The notes beneath the pieces were generated by a model. It was not told where the DNA came from. It did no database searches and worked only from the letters and a program-made list of their open reading frames with translations. A stretch of DNA of 35,218 nt, taken from a virus. Taxonomy: Duplodnaviria; Caudoviricetes. The DNA is taken from IMG/VR virus record IMGVR_UViG_3300020044_005149, positions 1 to 35,218 of that record; one strand, given 5' to 3'. Each line of letters begins with the position of its first letter. Position 1 is the first letter of the stretch. The position numbers and the translations under genes were made by a program. Of this stretch, positions 18,287-26,449 are shown one piece after another.

Positions 18287-18379
18287 TGTTGACGGTTGAC
18301 ATTATTACCTTGCTTGATTACTATGTCAACCGCTTAATGTTAAAATTTTAATTAAGAGGTGAGATATGTTGACGGTTGA
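18287..18379. promoter_or_regulatory. Divergent early promoters and putative operators
   Basis: Rightward TTGACA(18296)-17-TACTAT. Leftward TTGACA on the minus strand at 18324-18329. A 10-bp inverted repeat CGGTTGACAT/ATGTCAACCG and a 13-bp direct repeat TGTTGACGGTTGA at 18287 and 18367. Confidence 0.8.
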
Positions 18380-18536
18380 GCAAATTAAAAAAAGGCTTGA
18401 GCATAGTAATTTAAAAGCTGTTGCAACGGCTACTGGAGTTCATTTCAACACTGTTTACAGGTTTGTTAAAGATGGTTCGCAACCGTCTTATAAAACAGTA
18501 AAAGCTTTAAGTGACTATTTGGAGTCTATGCAATGA
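18366..18536 (+). CDS. Cro-like XRE HTH regulator (56 aa, not in ORF track)
   Basis: MLTVEQIKKRLEHSNLKAVATATGVHFNTVYRFVKDGSQPSYKTVKALSDYLESMQ. GAGGTG RBS, first gene after the divergent promoter. Confidence 0.85.
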   Translation: MLTVEQIKKRLEHSNLKAVATATGVHFNTVYRFVKDGSQPSYKTVKALSDYLESMQ

Positions 18537-19375
18537 GCGCTAGAGCTGAAGCTGCAGAACTAGGCTTAAAGCTGTACAAATCAACATGCAGTCGGTGTGG
18601 AGATTGTGAACGCCGAGTTGATAGCGGCTCTTGCATATCTTGCGCAAAGGCAAGGCGTAAAAAGGTTTACACAGAACAAAGGCGCGTTGATGGTTCGATT
18701 GTGTTCTCTAAGCGCTGTGCGTTGTGTGAGGCTGAAACAGAACACTATTCATCAAACGGAAACTGCAAGCCATGTGCTAACAAAAGAAGCATGCAGCATT
18801 ATCTAGCCAATAGAGAAAAATTCATGGCTGAATTTAAAGCTGCGTATCAAGAAAACAAGGAGAAAAGAAACCTGCAGTCGTCTGCTTGGTATCAGAAAAA
18901 CAAAAGCAGAATGCTCGATTACTACAAGCAGTATAGAGCCGAAAACAAAGACAAGATAAAGCTATGGAGGAAAACAGAAAGCGCAATGGCTGCACACAGA
19001 GCTAGGCAGTCAAGCAAATACAAGACGCCAGAAGGTAAGGCAGAAATGTCTATCAGGAATATGGTTTATCGGATACTAACTGGAGAAAGATGTGGAAAGG
19101 CAGTTCAGTTGGTTGGCTACCTGCCCAGCGATTTAGTGGGTAGGATAGAAAGCCAATTCACTGCAGGTATGAGCTGGTCAAATTATGGTGATTGGCATAT
19201 TGATCACATAGTACCTGTAAAGTTCCTTTTATCTAATGGCATTAGCTGCCCGTCAGTAGTCAATTCTTTGCAAAACCTTCAGCCACTATGGGCTGCAGAT
19301 AACATATCAAAGCATGCAAAATTCTCAGGCACTATTGAGGATGCAATCAAAATTATTAAGGGGGAGAAATGCTAG
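18533..19375 (+). CDS. HNH endonuclease (putative free-standing homing endonuclease)
   Basis: Two CxxC...CxxC zinc-finger repeats, a basic helical linker and 'WHIDHIVP...NLQPLWAADNISK' HNH motif. Confidence 0.85.
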   Translation: MSARAEAAELGLKLYKSTCSRCGDCERRVDSGSCISCAKARRKKVYTEQRRVDGSIVFSKRCALCEAETEHYSSNGNCKPCANKRSMQHYLANREKFMAEFKAAYQENKEKRNLQSSAWYQKNKSRMLDYYKQYRAENKDKIKLWRKTESAMAAHRARQSSKYKTPEGKAEMSIRNMVYRILTGERCGKAVQLVGYLPSDLVGRIESQFTAGMSWSNYGDWHIDHIVPVKFLLSNGISCPSVVNSLQNLQPLWAADNISKHAKFSGTIEDAIKIIKGEKC

Positions 19376-20805
19376 TTCTCAGAGATTACCAACAAGCGAT
19401 GATACAGCAAACCCGCGATGCAATGCGCCAGCACCAGTCAGTGTTGCTACAGGCTCCAACTGGTGCAGGTAAAACTGCAATCACTGTTTTTATGATGAGT
19501 AGAGCTGCAGAGCAAGGCAAGCGTGCAATGTTCATCGTGCATCAAAATGAACTACTAACACAAACAAGCGCAGCCCTTTGGCGTCAAAAACTAGAACACG
19601 GCACCATTGCAAGCGGTCGAGTTATCAGTCAGCTACCTGTTCAAGTTGCTAGCGTTCAATCGCTAGTAAACAGGCTGCATTTACTAAAAGCGCCTGACTT
19701 AATCATCATTGATGAAAGCCACAGAGCTGCAGCTTCTACTTACAGAAAGGTTTTGGACTACTGGCCAAGAGCACGAGTAATAGGGTTGACAGCTACACCG
19801 CAACGAACAGACGGGAAGGGGCTTGATGATTTGTTTGATTGCATCGTCAAAGGGCCGTCGATTAGATGGCTGATGGAGCAGGGCTATCTTTCTGATTATG
19901 AGATATACGCGCCTAAACTAGTGCAAGATTTATCATCTATTAAAATCAGCATGGGAGATTTCAGTAAGTCGGACGCCGAAAAGGTAATCGACAAACCAAA
20001 AATAACAGGTGATGCAGTTGACCACTATTTAAAAATAGCTAAAGGCAAGCGCTGCGTTGTGATGTGCGTAACAATCAAGCACGCTGAACACGTTTGCGAG
20101 CAGTACATTGCATCTGGTGTCGCTGCAGCTCAAATTGATGGTGTAATGACAACTGCTGACCGCCAGAAAGTTCTTGCTGACTTTGCTGCAGGTAAAATAC
20201 TTGTGATTTGCAATGTTCAACTGCTTATCGAGGGCGTTGATATACCGTCCATTGAAGTGGTTCAGTGGCTGCGACCAACGCAGAGCCTGATCGTGTTCAT
20301 GCAAGGAAATGGAAGAGGTTTGCGACCATCCGATGGTAAAGAAAAGCTGATTGTTCTTGATCACGTTGGTAATGTTGAGCGTCACGGGATGCTTTGTGAT
20401 GATCGGGAGTGGTCTTTAGAAGGAAGAAAAGCAGGCAAGCGAAAAAAGAAAGACGAATCGCCAGACGTTAACATTCAACAGTGCAAGCATTGCTACGCTG
20501 TTTTTAGACCAGGCCATGAAATTTGCCCTTATTGCGGAAAGCCTATAGAGAAAAAAGCAGCTAGACAGTTGGAGGAGGTTGATGGCGAGCTGGTAAAAAT
20601 AGATATGGAGCGATTCAGAAAAGAGCAACGCAAGGAGCAAGGAAGCGCCAGAACTCTGCGAGACTTGGTTGCTCTTGGGATGCGTCGCGGCATGGCTAAG
20701 GCGAGCCAGTGGGCCTGTATTACCATGTGCGCACGCGAACAGCGCAAACCAACGCCAGCAGACTTCAACGAAGCAAGACGCATACAGCAGGAGTTAACGC
20801 GATGA
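19369..20805 (+). CDS. Superfamily II (DEAD/DEAH-box) helicase
   Basis: LRDYQ, APTGAGKT, DESH, GLTATP and QGNGRGLR motifs plus a C-terminal CxxC...CPxC zinc ribbon. Confidence 0.93.
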   Translation: MLVLRDYQQAMIQQTRDAMRQHQSVLLQAPTGAGKTAITVFMMSRAAEQGKRAMFIVHQNELLTQTSAALWRQKLEHGTIASGRVISQLPVQVASVQSLVNRLHLLKAPDLIIIDESHRAAASTYRKVLDYWPRARVIGLTATPQRTDGKGLDDLFDCIVKGPSIRWLMEQGYLSDYEIYAPKLVQDLSSIKISMGDFSKSDAEKVIDKPKITGDAVDHYLKIAKGKRCVVMCVTIKHAEHVCEQYIASGVAAAQIDGVMTTADRQKVLADFAAGKILVICNVQLLIEGVDIPSIEVVQWLRPTQSLIVFMQGNGRGLRPSDGKEKLIVLDHVGNVERHGMLCDDREWSLEGRKAGKRKKKDESPDVNIQQCKHCYAVFRPGHEICPYCGKPIEKKAARQLEEVDGELVKIDMERFRKEQRKEQGSARTLRDLVALGMRRGMAKASQWACITMCAREQRKPTPADFNEARRIQQELTR

Positions 20806-21155
20806 ACGAAGAAACAAAACTGATGCGGCGCATCATGTTGGACCTGACAGCGGCAGGCTGCCTAGTGTTCCGCAATGAGTCTGCTGGTGCTTATGTTGGT
20901 AAGGTTATCCACAAGGACAACCGAATAGTGACGCTGGCAAACGCTCAATTAATAACCTTCGGCCTTGCTGTTGGTAGTGCTGATATTATCGGCATCCACA
21001 AGGCGACAGGGCGTTTTCTAGCGTTTGAGGTTAAGACAAGCACAGGGAGACCAACGAAAGAACAACTTAATTTTATTGAACAGGTAAGAGCAGCAAACGG
21101 CATAGCTGGTATTGTACGCTCGACCAAAGATGCGTTAGACTTGTTGCCCCAATGA
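20802..21155 (+). CDS. VRR-NUC domain nuclease
   Basis: ATG 20802 with AGGAG RBS. 'GSADIIG.....FLAFEVK...GRPT.EQ..F' motif. Confidence 0.88.
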   Translation: MNEETKLMRRIMLDLTAAGCLVFRNESAGAYVGKVIHKDNRIVTLANAQLITFGLAVGSADIIGIHKATGRFLAFEVKTSTGRPTKEQLNFIEQVRAANGIAGIVRSTKDALDLLPQ

Positions 21156-21203
21156 CGGGACCAGCCATTGCGATGGCATAATAAACCTTGCGAGGATTTA
21201 CAG

Positions 21204-21425
21204 ATGACACAATGCGATCACATCGGTCACATGAGATATGTGCGCCGAATCTTTAAAAACGGAACGCAGCATTTTGGCGTTCAATGCTCTAAATGCTTGG
21301 ATATGGTCAAGACCAAGCGCCACGACAACAAACTTTTTATCTCGATCACTGAGATACCAGCACATAGCACGATCCACGAATACATCGACCCAACACTGAA
21401 CGATCAGCAAGGGGAGTTGTTATGA
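21204..21425 (+). CDS. Small putative zinc-binding protein
   Basis: CxH...QCSKC motifs, GAGGA RBS before ATG 21204. Confidence 0.65.
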   Translation: MTQCDHIGHMRYVRRIFKNGTQHFGVQCSKCLDMVKTKRHDNKLFISITEIPAHSTIHEYIDPTLNDQQGELL

Positions 21426-23656
21426 ACGTGCCAGTTATTGCCAAGTATGCAGAGACATATACAAGCCGCTACGGCTGGCACTTAGTACCAATCGAACCGC
21501 TGAAGAAGTTCCCACAGTCAGAAGGCTGGGGCAACAACACGTTAAGCGAGCCAGCGCAAGCGCTTGCCTATTGGCAGTTGCACGCTGATTGGAACATGGG
21601 CGCTGCTCTTGGTCCGTCTGGCATGTGCAGCCTTGATATAGACGACGCTGACGGCTTCGCGCTCATTCTTGATGAGTTCGGCATCCCTGCTGATGCGTTG
21701 GGTCAGTTCCCGACTATTCAAGGCAAAGGTAAGCGCGTGATGTTTCGCGTGCCTGAAGGTGTCAAGCTGCCATACTGCAAGGTCAACTGGCCTCGCCAAG
21801 AAGACCCAAAGAAGCATTACACCATCATCGAGTTACGCGCAGCCTGTGACGGCTCACAGAAGCAAGACGTTCTACCGCCTTCTGTTCATCCTGCAACGCT
21901 AAAGCCTTACGAGTGGATAGTGAAGCCGCCTAAGACGCTTGCAGAGTGGCCAACTCCACCTGATTGGCTTCTTGCTATCTGGTGCGCTTGGGATGCGTTC
22001 AAGCCGCAACTGCAAGCTGTCTGCCCTTGGGCTGCTAAGCCTGAACGAAAGCAACTGCCACAACGCACGCGCGCACCAACGCAAGGCATGCCAGACGTTA
22101 GCGGTGAGTATGAGCGTGCAAACCCAATCGAACAACAGCTTGAGCGTTACGGCTACAAGCGCAAGGGTAAGCGCTACTTATCGCCGCATAGCTCAACAGG
22201 GTTGCCTGGCGTTCACTTGCTCGACAACGCACGCTGCTGGATACACCATGCAAGCGATCCGTTATGCAGCGAGGAGTCTGGAAAGCCAGTTAGCAGCTAC
22301 GACTTGTTCTGCTACTACGACCACGGCGGCGACTACTCCAAGGCGTTCAAGGCTGCTGCTGCTGAGTTAGGCATTCAGTTGCGTGCGCCCGTGCAAGTTA
22401 AAGAGCGCACAGAGCAGCCTGTGGTGCAGTACGACGACGCGAGCGATGTTGATGTGTTCGACGCTCAGCCTGATGCGCCGTTGCCGTTCTGTAGTGAGAA
22501 AGGGGTCCCGCTTGCTCACATCGCCAACCTGAAAGAAATCTGCCGCAGGCTTGGCGTTACTGTGCGATATAACGTGATCAGCAAGGAAGAAGAAGTCATC
22601 ATCCCTCGGCAATCGTTCAGCCTTGACAACGAGGGCAATGCCTCACTTGCTTGGCTTGAGTCTGAGTGCAGCCTGTTCAAGATGCCAACAAGCAAGCTGC
22701 CAGGGTTCGTTACTTACCTTGCAGACCAGAACCAATACAACCCCGTTGCCAACTGGGTGACTAGTAAGCCGTGGGATGGCAAGGACCATCTTGGTGCGCT
22801 GCTTAACACTGTTACGATAAAGGATTCAGCCAACACTAACGCTGTAGTGCTGAAAGACACTCTGATAACTCGTTGGATGATCTCCGCCATTGCTGGCGCG
22901 TTTAACCCTAAAGGCGTAAGCGCTTCTGGTGTACTGGTGTTCCAAGGCGATCAGTACGTGGGCAAAACAAAGTGGTTTAAGTCGCTAGTGCCGGAGGATT
23001 TAAACCTAATCAAAGACGGCGTTATTCTAAAGCCTGACGATAGAGACAGCGTAAAGCAAGCTGTTAGCTTTTGGCTTGTAGAGCTTGGCGAGCTTGACAG
23101 CACGTTCAGGAAAGCAGATATAGCCGCACTGAAAGCGTTTCTGACTAACGACAAGGACGTGCTGCGCAGAGCTTACGCCAGGAAGGAAAGCCAGTACGCA
23201 CGGCGCACGGTGTTCTTTGGCTCAGTCAACCCGAAAGAGTTCCTACACGACCCCACGGGCAATAGACGTTACTGGACTATTGAGGTCGCCAAGTTGGACC
23301 ATTCGCATAACATCGACATGCAACAGGTTTGGGCGCAGGTGTATGAGCAGTGGAAGGCTGGCTGTGGTCACTATTTAACGCCTGAAGAAATGGCTCAGTT
23401 GAATAGTCATAACGAGGACTTTACAGTTGCCGATCCAATCGAAGAAGTTATTACCAGCAAGTACGACTGGGCTGTGGATAAGTCGCGCTGGACTGATTGG
23501 AAGACATCAACTGATGTGCTTCATTCTTGCGGGTATGAGCGTCCAACAAAGGCCGATGCAACGAGTGCTGGCTTGGTTATTCGCAAGCTAAACGGCAACA
23601 TGAGTAGGCGAACAGCTAACGGAAGGCAACTCTTACTGCCGCCAGTGAAATTGTAA
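21422..23656 (+). CDS. Bifunctional primase-polymerase with VapE-like helicase domain
   Basis: N-terminal Prim-Pol motifs (LDID, PPSVHP). C-terminal VapE/SF3-like ATPase motifs (GDQYVGKT, ELGEL, RRAYAR, TGNRRYW). Confidence 0.9.
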   Translation: MNVPVIAKYAETYTSRYGWHLVPIEPLKKFPQSEGWGNNTLSEPAQALAYWQLHADWNMGAALGPSGMCSLDIDDADGFALILDEFGIPADALGQFPTIQGKGKRVMFRVPEGVKLPYCKVNWPRQEDPKKHYTIIELRAACDGSQKQDVLPPSVHPATLKPYEWIVKPPKTLAEWPTPPDWLLAIWCAWDAFKPQLQAVCPWAAKPERKQLPQRTRAPTQGMPDVSGEYERANPIEQQLERYGYKRKGKRYLSPHSSTGLPGVHLLDNARCWIHHASDPLCSEESGKPVSSYDLFCYYDHGGDYSKAFKAAAAELGIQLRAPVQVKERTEQPVVQYDDASDVDVFDAQPDAPLPFCSEKGVPLAHIANLKEICRRLGVTVRYNVISKEEEVIIPRQSFSLDNEGNASLAWLESECSLFKMPTSKLPGFVTYLADQNQYNPVANWVTSKPWDGKDHLGALLNTVTIKDSANTNAVVLKDTLITRWMISAIAGAFNPKGVSASGVLVFQGDQYVGKTKWFKSLVPEDLNLIKDGVILKPDDRDSVKQAVSFWLVELGELDSTFRKADIAALKAFLTNDKDVLRRAYARKESQYARRTVFFGSVNPKEFLHDPTGNRRYWTIEVAKLDHSHNIDMQQVWAQVYEQWKAGCGHYLTPEEMAQLNSHNEDFTVADPIEEVITSKYDWAVDKSRWTDWKTSTDVLHSCGYERPTKADATSAGLVIRKLNGNMSRRTANGRQLLLPPVKL

Positions 23657-23660
23657 ACAG

Positions 23661-23680
23661 ACCCGCTTCGGCGGGTTTTT
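23661..23680 (+). terminator. Rho-independent terminator
   Basis: ACCCGC-TTCG-GCGGGT followed by TTTT. Confidence 0.85.
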
Positions 23681-23682
23681 AT

Positions 23683-23970
23683 TGTCACCTATCTGGGTGA
23701 CATGGCTGTTTTTTGGTAGGTGACATGCTTTAAGTGTTTGATTTTTATGGAGAAAAAGGCGTTATGTCACCTATGTCACCAATGACTAGGACTTCCATAT
23801 AGCGGATCGCGTTATACGCCTATTGCTATATTGCCTATATAAATATAATTATTACTATATAGGTGTCATAGGTGTCAATGGTGACGGAGCCTTAGCGCTG
23901 CAAGGCTTTCAGAGCATGCCACCTTTATGTCACCTTTTTAGGTGTCAATTTGCTTGATTTACTTGACACC
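23683..23970. repeat. Putative replication origin: iteron cluster around an AT-rich core
   Basis: About 12 copies of TGTCACC/TGACACC (some degenerate) on both strands flank an AT-rich tract at 23821-23860, right after the primase gene. Confidence 0.8.
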
Positions 23971-23990
23971 ATAAACCAATCTGATAATAT
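23963..23990 (+). promoter_or_regulatory. Sigma70-like promoter
   Basis: TTGACA-16 bp-TAATAT. The -35 box overlaps the last iteron. Confidence 0.7.
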
Positions 23991-24018
23991 CAAACGAGAC
24001 AACAACGAAGGAGTTAAG

Positions 24019-24201
24019 ATGAAACCAATCGCCAACCTAGTGGTCAAGTACAAAACAACATACCGAGTGGCAAAGCTGCTCGGTAAGACTCCAACAAGCG
24101 TTATCCGCTGGGTAAACGCAGGTGCTTTGATTGATGATCAAGGCAATGTTTGGATTCAGACAGCTAAGACAGACTACAAGGAGTCAACATGCGCGGACTG
24201 A
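24019..24201 (+). CDS. Small HTH protein
   Basis: ATG 24019 with AAGGAG RBS. 'TTYRVAKLLGKTPTSVIRW' HTH. Confidence 0.75.
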   Translation: MKPIANLVVKYKTTYRVAKLLGKTPTSVIRWVNAGALIDDQGNVWIQTAKTDYKESTCAD

Positions 24202-24356
24202 CCTACATTGTAAAACAAAAAGCCAGCAACGGCGTGTTGCGCTTAGCTGAGCTAAAACCAAACAGCTTAGAGATTGCCAAGCGCTTAATCTCTCAGGGTG
24301 AGCTGATTAAAAGCAAGTGTGGCACTGGGTTTGTTATTGGGGAGTTGAAGAAATGA
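24189..24356 (+). CDS. Small hypothetical protein (55 aa, not in ORF track)
   Basis: MRGLTYIVKQKASNGVLRLAELKPNSLEIAKRLISQGELIKSKCGTGFVIGELKK. AAGGAG RBS. Confidence 0.7.
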   Translation: MRGLTYIVKQKASNGVLRLAELKPNSLEIAKRLISQGELIKSKCGTGFVIGELKK

Positions 24357-24532
24357 AGTGGATTAGTGTTTTTGATATGCTGCCCGCAGATGGCAGCAGA
24401 GTATTGTGCTACAGGCCTGCCGCAGCAATTGACGAGATAGCAATCAGGACTTTTTACAGAGGTCAGTTTTCAGGGAGTGTTCCCGTGTTATTTTGGATGC
24501 CATTACCAGCGGCGCCAGAGGTGGAAGAATGA
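24353..24532 (+). CDS. DUF551-like phage protein
   Basis: 'MKWISV.D.LP....VL.....V..WMPLP.AP' pattern. ATG 24353. Confidence 0.8.
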   Translation: MKWISVFDMLPADGSRVLCYRPAAAIDEIAIRTFYRGQFSGSVPVLFWMPLPAAPEVEE

Positions 24533-24714
24533 GCAAGATAACGCTTATCTGCAATAACAATCGCTTGGACAATATTGAATTTATCGAGCATAACAAAGCT
24601 TTGCTGATCGAAGCCAGGATGGACATTGAAACAGACCAGCCAGTGATTTTGCTGAATAAATCAAGTGTTGCAAAGTTGGTTGAGTTTCTTAACGGTTTGG
24701 AGTTGGAAGAATGA
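24529..24714 (+). CDS. Hypothetical protein
   Basis: 61 aa from ATG 24529, GAGGTGG RBS, ATGA overlap. Confidence 0.7.
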   Translation: MSKITLICNNNRLDNIEFIEHNKALLIEARMDIETDQPVILLNKSSVAKLVEFLNGLELEE

Positions 24715-25058
24715 AAACGGATAAAGAATTGCTAGAACTTGCAGCGAAAGCAGTAGGTTTAAACATTAAAATGTACGAAGTTGATCAAGATGATAATTTC
24801 AGCGGCTTAGTGGTTGGCAGGCGTGGAACGAAAGAAAAAGTTTGGTGGAATCCTTTACGCTCAGATGGCGACGCGCTTAGGCTGGCTGTCATGTTAAATC
24901 TAACAGTCTGTACAGGCCCATGCCAAGCCTCCGCAACTTCGATAAGTGGCGCGCTATCTGGCTTCTTCCCTAAAGAAGACACAATCGAGCAAAATGCGTT
25001 TTCTGCGGTACGAAGAGCAATTGTTAGGGCTGCCGCACAGGTTGGAGAAATGCAATGA
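24711..25058 (+). CDS. Conserved phage hypothetical protein
   Basis: 'D.ELLELAAKA.G...WNPL..DGDALRLAV...RRAIVRAAA' pattern, common in proteobacterial phages. Confidence 0.8.
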   Translation: MKTDKELLELAAKAVGLNIKMYEVDQDDNFSGLVVGRRGTKEKVWWNPLRSDGDALRLAVMLNLTVCTGPCQASATSISGALSGFFPKEDTIEQNAFSAVRRAIVRAAAQVGEMQ

Positions 25059-25339
25059 CAACAGCTTACGACATTTGGAAATTCATCGACCACGCAGACG
25101 ACAGCGTTGAGCGCGCACGGATTGAACAACTAGCGCAGCAAATCCGCAGCGAAATGAAAGCGAGCGATTTTATTCAGGAAGTGGAAATCGATGCATCGTT
25201 TGATGTTGAGTGCTGCAAGGCCATTCAACTGATGTTTCTTGGCGGTGATGCGGAAACGTGCGCAAAGGTTTTGAGTGATTATGCTGATGCTTGGTTGACT
25301 AGGCAGGCGATGAAGTTGGCGCAAGAATACAAAAACTAG
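25055..25339 (+). CDS. Hypothetical protein
   Basis: 94 aa, GGAG RBS, followed by hairpin AGCGGC-ttat-GCCGCT-TTT. Confidence 0.7.
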   Translation: MTTAYDIWKFIDHADDSVERARIEQLAQQIRSEMKASDFIQEVEIDASFDVECCKAIQLMFLGGDAETCAKVLSDYADAWLTRQAMKLAQEYKN

Positions 25340-25367
25340 CGGCTTATGCCGCTTTTGGATAACCAAG

Positions 25368-25816
25368 ATGAAAAAACGAAAAAACAACTGCAATCTAAAG
25401 CGCCTTTTAGTGCAGACTCGACTAGCTGTGGCTGACCTTGCTTTAAAAATGCGATTAAACAGCGCAGAAAAGGGCGTAGACATCGTGAAATACAAAACAG
25501 GTGGCCAGTAGCGATTGGGCAATCCGTCGCGGCAGCGCTTGATACAACGCAGTTTAGATGGGCCGTGCTTTTGACTGTCTACGCCAAAGAGTCAAACGGC
25601 AAGGATAAGACTTTAACTAAATGGGTTCGACTCGCTGCGCCATATCGGCATAATGAGCTAACAGATTGGCTGCGTGGCGAACACCAAGAGATGATCGACA
25701 ACTGCAAGGCTGAGGTTATCGACGCGGGCTGGTGCGCTCTGCCTGTGCCGCCTAAGTTTGTAAGTGATGAACAGGAAGAAAGATTGATTGACCAACTGAC
25801 GGAGCTACTAGCATGA
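25368..25816 (+). pseudogene. Phage hypothetical gene split by an apparent 1-nt frameshift near 25502
   Basis: ATG 25368 (MKKRKNNCNLKR...KYKTG) stops at 25511, while the -1 frame continues PVAIGQSVAAALD...LLA to 25816. Confidence 0.65.
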
Positions 25817-25983
25817 ACAAATACAAAATCGGCCTAACAACAAAACAAGGTCACTACTTGGAAACCGAAATTACAGCAACAAACATGCTCGGCTTAGTTC
25901 AGCCGCTTGTGTATGAATTAGCAGTTGAACACAAGATTGTTTTTGATGATGTGGTAGAGTTGGATATTACGGAGATCAACTAA
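25813..25983 (+). CDS. Small hypothetical protein (56 aa, not in ORF track)
   Basis: MNKYKIGLTTKQGHYLETEI...ITEIN. GGAG RBS, ATGA overlap. Confidence 0.7.
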   Translation: MNKYKIGLTTKQGHYLETEITATNMLGLVQPLVYELAVEHKIVFDDVVELDITEIN

Positions 25984-26157
25984 ATGAAATTCCATGTAAT
26001 TATTGTTCGACAAGAACCATACGAAGGCGATTATGAGTTAAGCAGCGAGCAATTTGACACGCTTGAAAAAGCGATTGAAATCGCAAAAGCTAGACAGAAA
26101 GAAATTGATTATGAAAATGATCACGTTCGCATTGAGGTTGGCGGTTGGAATGATTGA
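25984..26157 (+). CDS. Small hypothetical protein (57 aa, not in ORF track)
   Basis: MKFHVIIVRQEPYEGDY...FDTLEKAIEIAK...GGWND. GGAG RBS, abuts the upstream stop. Confidence 0.7.
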   Translation: MKFHVIIVRQEPYEGDYELSSEQFDTLEKAIEIAKARQKEIDYENDHVRIEVGGWND

Positions 26158-26314
26158 ACTAATTAAGCTCTCAGGTGCATTGCTCCTAACCTGCTTGCAG
26201 TTGTATTTTTATCTGCTGCTTACGGTGTCAATCGTTGGCGGAGCGGTTTACTTGTTGATTAGTTATCCGCTTCCGACTCTTGCGATTGCAGGTTTGATAC
26301 TGGCAATTCGATGA
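26150..26314 (+). CDS. Small hydrophobic membrane protein
   Basis: 54 aa from ATG 26150, almost entirely hydrophobic (two predicted TM segments). Confidence 0.6.
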   Translation: MIELIKLSGALLLTCLQLYFYLLLTVSIVGGAVYLLISYPLPTLAIAGLILAIR

Positions 26315-26334
26315 TTAAGTAGCTACAATATCAG

Positions 26335-26402
26335 CTGCTCAATTGCGAGCAGGCGATGTCGCAGACATTGGGAGGAAGGCCGCTTAACAGCGGCTTTTTT
26401 TT
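26335..26402 (+). ncRNA. Candidate ~70-nt three-hairpin small RNA (sRNA-A)
   Basis: TACAAT -10 box at 26324. Hairpins CTGCTC/GAGCAG and ATGTC/GACAT, a GGGAGGAA linker, then terminator GCCGC-ttaaca-GCGGC plus T8. Confidence 0.45.
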
Positions 26403-26412
26403 GCGCTATACT
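26384..26412 (+). promoter_or_regulatory. Promoter of the terminase operon
   Basis: TTAACA-17 bp-TATACT, containing TTGCGCTATACT, which recurs at 32912. Confidence 0.65.
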
Positions 26413-26449
26413 CAACTGACGGTAGTACCGAATAGTGAGAGGAAAGCCA

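Noticed and set aside
23683-23970. CRISPR-like array
   Set aside because: Repeats are 7-9 bp, in both orientations and irregularly spaced, and there are no cas genes.
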